From Octopus bimaculoides (lineage: Eukaryota): 32,062 bases of DNA. This document shows, one piece after another, positions 12,505 through 23,090 of the stretch (within the stretch, counting starts at the first letter, position 1; each line of letters starts with the position of its first letter). The stretch covers positions 71,153,493 to 71,185,554 of the forward strand of contig NC_068983.1 of assembly GCF_001194135.2 (NCBI RefSeq), read 5' to 3'. The notes under the pieces are model-generated. The model was given only the letters and a program-made list of their open reading frames with translations, did no database searches and was not told where the DNA came from. The translations under genes were made by a program, and so were the position numbers.

Positions 12505-13239
12505 ACACACACGCACGCAGGCACACACACACACAAATATATATTCATATTTCTTGATGAAAAACTCATGCAACTGCATATTGGTATCTTCTCCGTTATT
12601 AGTTTCTACTTCTTTGAATGCTTTTTGCCCATCTATAGAAAGCCGGTCATCATTAGATAATTACTCCATAACAGGCTGAGCATTTTATGAATATTTGTAC
12701 AAACAACTTAGTCAAAAATAAATTATTTCTAAGAGAGTTTATTTATTTTTTTTCTGCAACACCTTGCTCTACACAAAGAAATCCTTTGAAATTACAGGAG
12801 CATTGCATTAACAAAATTTGTCAGACATTCATCAGTCAACTTCAGATCAAGAAGCAGTAGTCGTCTCTTAATGCTAACTCACAAGCACATAGCAGCTTTT
12901 TTGCTTAACCAAATTCTTCAATGTCTCCAGAAAACTCAATTTCATGTTAAAGAAAATTATATACGTGTATTTAAGAGGGGAAGGAAACACCTACGTTGAA
13001 CACAAAACATTGCATCCGATCAATGTACGATAAATAGTATGTAATTGTTAATTTTTAGCGGCAGAAGCTAATCTTTATATCCAGCTTAATATGGATGTTT
13101 TGTTATATCCAACTTAACATGAATTATTAGCTTTGAGAGATCCACTCATATAGGCACTCGATGCAGAAAGGCCAACGCATAGATCGTTGTGGAAGTGAAT
13201 CGTCTGTCATACACGCCGAAAGCCCACTATCACGTGATT

Positions 13240-14938
13240 TCATACTATTGGGTGTTATCAGAGAAAAGCGTCTTCTTACCCGTATGCCGGGAATCTATGA
13301 CAGACGATTTTCGGTATGAGTGTCTTTTTTATGCACCAGTTGCTTATATGAGAGGATATCCCAATGTTACCTATTTGATTATCGAAGATATATTCATATC
13401 AAGACAGGTGACCTCTATAGTGTCTCTTGCTTATTTCAGCGGCAATATCTAGCCTGTTATATTTGCACTTGGTAAACGTTTTAATGGGAATGTTCCACCG
13501 ATATTTCATGTGTTGTTGTTTATGTATTCAACAACAGAGAGTTCTTTATATTTATTCAAGGACAAACTTTTTCATAACGTATTATTTTAGTGACAGCGTC
13601 ATTTCGCATTGGAATGATGACATTTTTGGGCAGCAGTTGATCACGTGTGATGACTTCCACAGAAATATGACATAATTTGCATATTCGGCTGCATTTTGGT
13701 GCTCCAACAGCTTCAATGACTCTTTTATCTACTAGATATTTTGTAACAATCAACTGTTCTTGGATAGTAAATGTATAGACGTCGAAGTGTAATATGATGT
13801 AGTGGTCACGAGTCCAGGAATGCTGCACTCCATATCAATATTACTGTTGCCTTTAGGTCGGTAAGCTGGCAGAATCGTTAGAATGCCGGGCAAAATACTT
13901 GGCAGCATTTCGTCTGTCCTTAGGTTCTGAGTTCAAAATCTGCCGAGGTTTACCTTGCTTTTCATTCTCTCGGGGTCAATAAAGTAAGTACCAGTCAAAC
14001 ACTGGGGTCGATGCAGTCGACTTACCCATCCCCTGAAATTGCTGGCCTTGTGCCTAAATTTGAAATCAATATTACTGTTGCCTTCAAGTCTTTTGTAAAC
14101 ATACTCATGCATAGTTTTTCCTTGACGTACATAGCGTTTCGCAACCTGATTTTCTTTGAGATATTTTTGTCCAAATGTTTTTGGATCGCATGAGAGGTCG
14201 TCAGAAAGAAGTGCTGCTTGAGAAACGCAGTGCCAACACGTAAGCTATGGTTTTATTAACTTTTCAGATTTATGTATCTATATTTGCTGCTGTTCTTTAG
14301 CAGGTGTTTTGTGAAAGAGACTATACGACATTTGAAAACTCTCTGCACTGATCTCAAGCCTAGACCTTATTCATCTCTTCAAAGGTAGAGCCTATCCATA
14401 TCACTGTTTCCGTGAAAGTTCCCAGTTGATATTAGGATCTTGCGAGTTTTTATGCCAATGGAGGTGATTTCTTTCACGCAGCAGTCAAGTGTCCCAAATG
14501 TTGGAATCAGCACTGGTACTGCAAATGCATCGTAGGATATTGTCTTATTGCAAGACTGCCATATTTTTCATGGTCGGATATGATATTCTCGATTCACTCG
14601 GTTTTATTTTCTTTTAACATCAACTACATATATTTTCCACAGTGCCTAGATATTTTCAGAATTCTCTGTACGGTGTGGGGAAAATAGGAAGACCGTTGAG
14701 GCGGAGGTTTGGTGATTTGGGTACTCATATTCTGTTTAAGAACCAAATACTAACATTTTGGGGGACCAAGTTCCATTCCTATATCAGTTGAAATTGATGT
14801 GATTTATTCTAATTGATTTTTGGCATTAACCCTTTTAGTAATGATTATTTGATAACTCACAAAGAAGTTATGGGCTACTTTGGAATCTCTAGTAGTTGCA
14901 CACCCAACCATGAAGCCACTGGATTTTTGTAGCAGGAA
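13240..14938 (-). mobile_element. R4/Dong-clade non-LTR retrotransposon remnant (RT C-terminus, CCHC knuckle, REL endonuclease), interrupted by a SINE
   Basis: Colinear minus-strand motifs with stops and frameshifts: FLLQKSSGFMVG..KVAHNFFV(SY) (catalytic FVDD degenerate); TDIGMELGPPKC; KYLG; FAVPVLIPTFGTLD..IKTRKIL.TGNFHGNSDMDRLYL; MHEY; SWTRDHY..HFDVYTFTIQEQ..TKYL; CKLC..HVINCCPKM; PMRNDAV; WNIPIKT..YNRLDI; IEVTC. Confidence 0.85.
13856..14064 (+). mobile_element. tRNA-head SINE with Deu/Nin-like core, flanked by a 20-bp TSD
   Basis: B-box-like GAGTTCAAAATC at 13929-13940. The core CTTGCTTTTCATTCTCTCGGGGTCAATAAAGTAAGTACC resembles the Deu/Nin domain. The exact direct repeat ATCAATATTACTGTTGCCTT lies at 13834-13853 and 14065-14084. 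Confidence 0.87.
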
Positions 14939-15160
14939 CGATAATATATCTAATACCATAATGTGTGCATGTGCTTGTGTATGTACGCATGTAAATATAG
15001 TTCATATTTATAGATGCTGACAAAGATATAACTGTTTCACCCTGAGATTTTTAAAACATGCAGGTTTATCATTACAGATAGAATTAATAAATTTCATAAT
15101 CAATTCTACAATAAATCGTGTTCTGTTCCTTGTAACTAGTTCGGAATCCCAATCGTTCAT

Positions 15161-15163
<3 letters not shown>

Positions 15164-15249
<86 letters not shown>
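15164..15249. repeat. (GT)n microsatellite
   Basis: Directly visible pure array. Confidence 0.97.
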
Positions 15250-15252
<3 letters not shown>

Positions 15253-17361
15253 ATGCGTGTACAGTGGCAATTGATGGGATTCCACCAGGTAAGCTCTGCA
15301 ACCTTTCAAATACTTTTATGACAGTGTAGCGCAAATAAAGCCTTGCAATTTTTAGTTCATTAGAAAGTACAATTAGAAAAATAATTTTAAGTTAACGAAT
15401 GAAAATAAAAAAGATGGGAATTTTTATTGGAATATTGAGCGATGTTAAATGATCTTAATGAAAATGCAAATATAAACGATGTGATATAAAAATGTTATGT
15501 CCACATGCAAATATTAATACTTAACAAACAAGAATGGATTAACAATATTGTTTTATGTAGAAATATATTAAATAACGTTTTTAAAGATGACATTAATGTT
15601 GAATTCATCTTCACAGGGGTGGATCTTGAAACAAATCTGTAAAAGTCTTAATACAAATTTTTAAGCAATACTACGAATATTTTTATATTACTTTTCTTCA
15701 AATCGGTTTCGTTTACATCTACTTGAATTTGATAACTATCTTAAATGAGATGAACATTTAAATCCACCATCAGCATGAGAAGTCAACTGTTTTTGTTCTT
15801 GATTCACCACTAGAAAAGTTATAGAACTCTTGTGCTTTAAAGAGATTTATGAAGCGAACTAAAAGCTACTAAAATCCAGAGTTATTGAGTTTTTATTGAA
15901 TTTCAAATTTTTAGTTGGTGCAAAATTAGCTCATATTTTTTCTGCTTATTAACGAAAAGCATTTGGTAGGTAACAAGACAGAGCCTGTAATAGAGAGTCT
16001 TTCTGGACGTACTTATTATTCACATACAATTAGTAGGTAAACTTTATATTTACGCTGATAGATCATTATGAATAATAATCAAATTACTATAATTACCGTT
16101 CAGAAAACACTTCGGTAATCAAACATAAATAAATATCATCGTAATATTTGTTTTTATCATCTGATTCCTCATTAAACATGACTTCATTCAGGTAATAATT
16201 GCGAATTCTTTTTATAAGTAAGTGTTATGTATTATTTTCCTTGCACTTGCCACTATATAAACAGCCTTTAACATAAGAAATTACCTGTTTATATAACTTG
16301 TATTGTAGTTTAGATACAACATATGTGGATAAAACTGCATGCTAAAAATATAGCGGATGTTTTGAGTAGAATTCGAGTTTGACAAAAATAACGTTCTTCA
16401 ATATCATGTGATTACTTTATCCAAAATATACCTAAACACATTATATACGTTTCTAGTTATACAATATTTTCAATGGAATTTATATTTAGAAAATAACCGG
16501 ATGATTCATGACTGTTATTACCATCTAAATTTCACTCGGCATATCAAGAGATAACCTCTGTGACGCCAATAAAACTTCTGATTTTTTATTCACAATTTTT
16601 ATACACCCACGCTTACCATACGTTGCATCGGAAAGTAAATACGTTTTACTTTCGAAGTCTTATAAATAATTGAAGAGAAATAACAAATGGAAGTACAAGC
16701 TGAAAAGCAAGAACTATTTGCTTGTAAGAAAAATTAAAATATATCATTTCAAAGAAGATGCCAATAAGCAGTTGCATGAGACTTTCATCAGTTTGTTTTT
16801 AAGCAATATCGCTCGGGTTTTTTTAAATAAAATATTGCATGTTTCATAATGCAATAAACGGTACTTATACATAATCTCTCCATTTCCTTTCTCCATAGCC
16901 ATATGTATCTATTCATGAATCAAATATTTATACAGAATCACCATTGTCGTATATGTAGTGCAGTATCTTCAAATACACATGAAAGTATCTCAATATATAT
17001 TTAATACCATTTCAGTGTTTACTATTCACCCCCTCTACACGCGCACACACAATTATATGCATATATATATTTTCCTGTGTATATATATGAAGAAATGTAC
17101 ATGTGTACAGGGACGTTGTTCATAGATTAAAGAATTAGACATAAGGCAACATATGTTTCTTAATGCTATACAAAGAATTAATAGAGCTTATTGTTTCAAC
17201 TTAAGCAATTCATCTCTATTAACATAATCTGTAATACAGTTGTTTGTAGAAACAAGTTTCTTCTCTCTTTACAATTTCTTTATCATTTATCCTTTTCCTA
17301 AAATGTGCTATGTTTTCTCTTTTGCATATATATACATGTACATTATATATGTATTATTACT

Positions 17362-17595
17362 TGTCGAGATGGGCGGAAGCACTGCCAATAATATTTGGTG
17401 CTCTGAAATGTATAATTTTGATGTTGTTAAATGTTCTGTTATGTCTCAAGCTACTGCTATCTAGCATCTTCGGATGATCTCTACTCAACCGCTACTCGGC
17501 TGCTACTCAACAATCACTCGACTCTCTACCACGGCTAGACTACCTCTACTTATATGTCTTGGGCGATTCTACTTCTTCGCTTGGGGGCGTCGACA
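17362..17595. mobile_element. Candidate solo LTR
   Basis: Begins TGTCGA and ends TCGACA (TG..CA, 6-bp inverted repeat), 234 bp long, with an internal 11-bp periodic motif and a TATA-like ATATAAG on the minus strand. The putative TSD matches poorly (ttact/caact). Confidence 0.33.
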
Positions 17596-18035
17596 CAACT
17601 TGTTCCATTTAAATCAATGCAGATCAACGCCTGCAAGATAGAAACGAACAGGGAGAAGATTCCAGAGGGCCGATATTCTGGACAGAAATGATAGGGTGCA
17701 GTGATAAATGCGTAGCCAGGATCGTTGAACACGACATGATTGGCCAGAAGTCGGAGGAATGATGGGCTCATATTCATTGAGTTGTGGAGGAGGTACAAAC
17801 ACAGAGATCATTATAGTAATTATAGTAATACAGAGAGTGAAGGAAGAACTGCAGTGGGACATAAGCTATATCATGTATTTTATTAATTTAATGCCGATCA
17901 ATCGAATGGTCTTTTGTGGATGTCCGTATGCAGAGTGGCAGTATCGGCCAAGGTGTACGAACAGTGCTTTTTTAGTGCGTTGCACTTGAGCATGCTTGTG
18001 GAGTTCAGCATCTTTGAGGGGCTAAAAATTTATAT

Positions 18036-18117
18036 ATATGTATATACATATATATACATATATACATATGTATATACATATATATACATATATACATATG
18101 TATATACATATATATAC
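18036..18117. repeat. 30-bp minisatellite, about 2.7 copies
   Basis: Unit ATATGTATATACATATATATACATATATAC at 18036, 18066 and partially at 18096. Confidence 0.9.
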
Positions 18118-18210
18118 ACACACAACCACGTGTGTATGAATATACAAACTAATATTTTTTTATAAGTGCCAAAATGTGTATTATAAGTTACAAATAAGAT
18201 GATAATTTAT

Positions 18211-18300
18211 TTTCGAACGCAGAGACGCCGTTAGAACAGTAGAACACCAACACCGGTTGTCAAGCCATGGGGTGGGGTGACAAACACAGGACACAAACAC
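18211..18300 (-). mobile_element. Partial SINE copy (same family as 19013-19365)
   Basis: The reverse complement contains TGTGTTTGTC...GCTTGACAACC, shared with about 19150-19210. Confidence 0.6.
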
Positions 18301-18337
18301 ATACATATATATAAACAAACACACACATAGGTATGTT

Positions 18338-18465
<128 letters not shown>

Positions 18466-19012
18466 GAAACCGAAAAGATTTCCTCGACCTTTCACGTAAC
18501 AGATAATCTGAAAGATCAGCTGTGAGTAATTAGAACGGGGTGGTTTACATTTATTTAGAAGTATTAATAACTACCAATTCATTTCATAAACATGTCAAGT
18601 AGATTGGGCAGGCGACTGCTTTAGTTTTAAGTGATTATACAATGAAATGGTGATGATGAATGCTTATAAATACATCTAAAAATACTTATTTAGAACGTTG
18701 TAGTGTTCTAAATATGGTTATCTGATGAGCGGTTACTATATATATATGGTTAATGAGATACTTAACAACTGGTTCAGGAGCATCTGACCCAGTTGTAAAG
18801 TATCCCACCCGTGAGGGATCGATGCTAGATGTCTTGAAACAATTGTAGTCATTAATAAAAATTCTCGTATCTTCCACCTTCCGTTTCTCATTAACCAAAT
18901 ACATAATGAACACTGTGAAAGTGATCGTGCTGTACCAGTTAGCTACCAGGTATAAAACATTCGTTTAATATCTTATAATAATATATATATATATATATAT
19001 ATTATGTACATA

Positions 19013-19365
19013 TGCGTAGGAGTGGGTGTTTGGTAAGAAGCTTGCTTCCCAACCACAACGTTCCGGGTTCAGTCCCACTGCGTGGTACCTTGGGCAAGTG
19101 TTTTCTAATATAACCTAGGGCCGACCAAAATCTTATGAGTGGATTTGGTAGATGTGTGTGTATTTGTGTGTCGGTGTTTGTCGCCAATCATCGCTTGACA
19201 ACCAAGGATGGAGTGTTTATGTCCGCGTAACTTAGCGGCTCGATAAAAGAGACCGATAGAATAAGTAGTAGCCTTACAAAGAATAAGTCTTGGGGTCGAT
19301 TTGCTCGACTAAAAGCAGTGCTCCAGCATGACTGCAGTCAAGTGACTGAAATAAGTAAATGAAAA
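19013..19365 (+). mobile_element. Near full-length tRNA-derived SINE
   Basis: A-box-like TGGGTGTTTGGT (19023-19034) and B-box GGTTCAGTCCC (19066-19076), an internal GT tract, and a 3' part with GGGGTCGAT..TCGACT shared with the 13856 SINE. Sits between (AT)n tracts. Confidence 0.85.
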
Positions 19366-21089
19366 TATCTATATATATATATATATATATATAAGAATAT
19401 ACATATATAATAATGGAGAAATTATATATATATATGTTTCTTTTACTTTTTTCAGTTATATGTGTGTGTGTACACATGAATCTACATACATATGTACTAT
19501 GTATATATACTTATGTATTTTCACGTACGGATTATTATTTTAATAATAACGCATTCGAGTTTCTGGTTTTCTCTTTTCTACAAGCCACAATAGTAAATAA
19601 TTTAGTAAAAGTGTAAAAGGAACGATTTATCGCCAACTGATAATTTTTCACAATATTACCTAGCCAGAATGAATGTTGTAGTATTCCTGTATATACTCAG
19701 ATATAAGAATAATCTAACCGTTTTCTATAGAATTATTTCAAAGTTTTAACCGCTGGTTTCTACTGTTGGAGGATTTGTACGCCGCAGCGAATTTTCAATC
19801 AAGATTCTCTGACTAGTGTGAATGATAATGTTTCATGCCAAATAGATGACCGAACAACCTTGATTAAATATTCCATAAAAATATTAAAACATATTGAATT
19901 TGTAATGTTATTCATGCAACAACTGGCCATGACAATGCCAGTAGGACTTGTGAACGCTGTAGCACTGAAGAGCTATCAATATATACGGAAAGGAAAACAG
20001 AAACTCAGCGACTCGGAAATATTACAGAGAAATTTGAAACATTAGAAGTACAATAACTTAATGCATTGACATCCGGTTTTCAAACATGTATGCAATTTTT
20101 TGGCACCTAAAGCTGATTACAGTGATTGATCTGCATGTCAGAGTTCCTCCGAATGCTAAGTAAAAATCATCGATAGTTTGATTCCAGCCAAGCGGCTGCT
20201 GCCATTGCCCATGTTTCCGGATACTCACTCCGCTTGAGATATTTTATTTTATCAACTCTGATAACTTCATATTGCCCTTCGTCCATTACAATAGGAAGTA
20301 CTATCATCTAATATTACTGACAGCGTTTTCCAATATTGCTGCATAATTGTACGAGAAATATCAGAGCGTTGGACTACATACATTACAGAATTGTGCATTT
20401 ATATCCTCTTCCATTTTAACAAAGTTCTGTCTGTTTCAAATTTGCATGTCTACGAAGTAAATAACATAAATACAAAGTTGATACTCGAGACGATTCTATA
20501 GACTATAGTCTTTCGTTTCAATAACCTAATAGTTGAACAATATTTGAGCACATTGTGCCAACATAAGATATCAGTATTAGTACAGAACAGAAAAAAAATT
20601 GTAGACAACGTAACTAAATGTTTTGTATCATGTTAACCGCTTACACCTTGTAAAGCTCAGCTCTCTTGCTTTCTTATTATTATGCCCATAACTCTGCTAG
20701 AATCAGCTATATCCACTAACTACTCGAAAATATGGCCTTGTGCCTTGTCAAAAGTCTCAAATATTTTAAACTATTTCTGTTACAACACAGATCGAAGTAG
20801 ACCTATATGATTTATGACTATCATTTACGATATCTTGAAGTAATAAATTAGTTATCTTTTAAAGAAAACCTAATTACTGTTTGTAATTAATATATCATAT
20901 TTAACTAACCATTGCCTATAAAATACTAATTACGTATGAAATCAATGAAGACTGCGTAACTATGTTTTCTGTGGTTGGATTTCGTTACTTAGATTAAATC
21001 TGACAACTGACAATTTACGAATTTCACAACGATGCGTCTAAATTATATTAAAACTCACTTAGATCTAATATTCTTCCAAATATTTCTCT

Positions 21090-21095
<6 letters not shown>

Positions 21096-21174
<79 letters not shown>
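21096..21174. repeat. (CT)n microsatellite
   Basis: Directly visible. Confidence 0.97.
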
Positions 21175-21180
<6 letters not shown>

Positions 21181-21540
21181 ACTCACTCTGTATATATATG
21201 TACATATATCTGTTTGCTTGTGTATGGACGTACGTATGTACGTGTGTATTATTCGAAAATGATTTGGATATAATTTACATTCACATATCGGTATTTAAAA
21301 ATGTACGTGAATAAATTGCAATTTGATTTAGTTTTTTATTGTTTCTTTTCATTCAGCAGCGAGGTGTCTTGTTGCTTCCTTGATATTGATTCTCAGGTAG
21401 AAAACGCTGTTATATAATATACATCTCGATATATATTCACAAAAAGTAATTTATTTTATTCATACTTTATGTTTTTATTCCCTAAAATTTAATTTGCTAG
21501 CCTCTAAGCAAACTTAGCAAAAGTTGAATTCTAAAGCATA

Positions 21541-21615
21541 TCTTCTTCTTCTTCTTCTTCTTCTTCTTCTTCTTCTTCTTCTTCTTCTTCTTCTTCTTCT
21601 TCTTCTTCTTCTTCT
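21541..21615. repeat. (TTC)25 trinucleotide array
   Basis: Directly visible, with a short imperfect extension to about 21626. Confidence 0.97.
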
Positions 21616-21879
21616 TTTTCTTCTTCACCCACTTGTTTTTTTTTATTTTCTCCTCCGCTTTATTTTAAATTTGTTTTACCGTTGTTGGTTGGTTTATCAA
21701 ATTTGAAATAAAACTAAAATGATAATTATATTTATCTATGTCTTACCTTTTTTTGTTTATTTATTCCGTGTGTACAATTTTGCGTTATCGCTGAATACTA
21801 AATGTTATATCAAATATGTGTCTAGTATAATTTTCTATATGACTTTTGCTATGATTCACTGTTTACACACATTGAAGAC

Positions 21880-22120
21880 TCGTTCTGCGCAATAGTTGAC
21901 AATCAATGAGCTTATAAGACAACAACCGGGTCTCTACATGGTTTCACGACATGCTTAGAAGTAGCCAGATTTTCCTAAAATTACACTATCTCAAGAGAAA
22001 AAATAGACATTAGATAATGTAGTCCGTATTAAATAAAATTCTGAGAGAGCTTGCGTTTATCGCATTTTCATGCTTTTATATCACAAGTTTGCTCAATCAA
22101 GGCCGACCTGGACTGCTGCT
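21880..22120 (+). mobile_element. Degenerate SINE 3' portion
   Basis: GGTTTCACGACATGCTTAGAAGTAGCC..CATTAGATAATGTAGTCC and the terminal GGCCGACCTGG resemble cephalopod SINE 3' ends that finish in (CAA)n tails (from recall). Confidence 0.4.
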
Positions 22121-22232
22121 GAAGAAGAAGAAGAAGAAGAAGAAGAAGAAGAAGAAGAAGAAGAAGAAGAAGAAGAAGAAGAAGAAGAAGAAGAAGAAGA
22201 AGAAGAAGAAGAAGAAGAAGAAGAAGAAGAAG

Positions 22233-22276
<44 letters not shown>
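22121..22276. repeat. Compound (GAA)~38(CAA)14 array
   Basis: Directly visible; preceded by CTGCTGCT. Confidence 0.97.
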
Positions 22277-23004
22277 CTTTAAGAACAGCCATTCAGCTTA
22301 GTTTCCATTTTCTTGAGTTATGCAATAATTCATTATTGCTCACATCACTCATATTTTCGCTAAACTCATGAACGTTCCATCACTTTTTTCCCTATATATC
22401 GAAATCGTTATTCTATACCAGAAACAAAATATTTATCGTTAACTTTTAATTCTGAAACAGTTTCTTCTAAAATACATTTTGATGTTAGAATGAGGGAATA
22501 TTTATACTGTTGAGATGGCAGATAAAAAGCAATTGCACTGTGTTAAATGTGAATGAAACAACACAGCTACACTGCAACTGAAATATTAGTCTCAAATATT
22601 TAAATAACTTGTTGCTTTGCTGTCATTGTTATAATTGTATTTGTCATCGTTTTTGCTTATCCTACATCAACTCTGTAGGGGACTTCCCTATTATGAAGAT
22701 ATTCAAGCATGACCTCCAGTTTTTTCTCTGACTGTACCCAGGAATACTTTCATCCGATATGTTCATTTTTTTAACATGTAAGCTTAAATTTGTTGGATAT
22801 TTAGCTACTATTTCCAATGGACTACAGAGATGCACCTTGTTTCTTTGGCCTCTCTAGATGATTGCATTCTTTTACTTCTCTCGATTTACAATGCGAACCA
22901 TGAAGGACAAAGTAAACACTAGCATTATTTCATTTCTATGTTTTTCAAGGCTAATAAAAGATTCTAAGTTAGGCACACACCCAAAGAATTTTCAGAGGAG
23001 GCAG

Positions 23005-23090
23005 TCTTCGATACCATCGACTTGTATGTCATTTCATCGATCTCGCCGGGGTGAAAGGCAAAGTTGATTCCAGAGGATTCTAAACTACAT
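23005..23090 (-). mobile_element. Deu/Nin-like SINE core fragment
   Basis: Reverse complement GGAATCAACTTTGCCTTTCACCCCGGCGAGATCGATGAAATGACATAC aligns with the core of the 13856 SINE. Confidence 0.55.

Noticed and set aside
13556-13828. Cys-containing 90-aa ORF as a host gene
   Set aside because: It is part of the R4/Dong CCHC region.
15265-15288. Plus-strand 24-nt segment AG|TGGCAATTGATGGGATTCCACCAG|GTAAGC (VAIDGIPP), resembling the cadherin AxDGGxP motif
   Set aside because: No pyrimidine tract (GT repeat upstream), the motif lacks one Gly, protocadherin ectodomains are normally in large exons, and there are no compatible plus-strand partners.
20640-20760. TGGCCTTGTGCC shared with the SINE 3' end at about 14043
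   Set aside because: Only about 12 matching bases; boundaries cannot be supported.
22068-22301. Poly-E/Q, poly-K/N and poly-L/V ORFs
   Set aside because: They are frames of the (GAA)(CAA) array and lack coding context.
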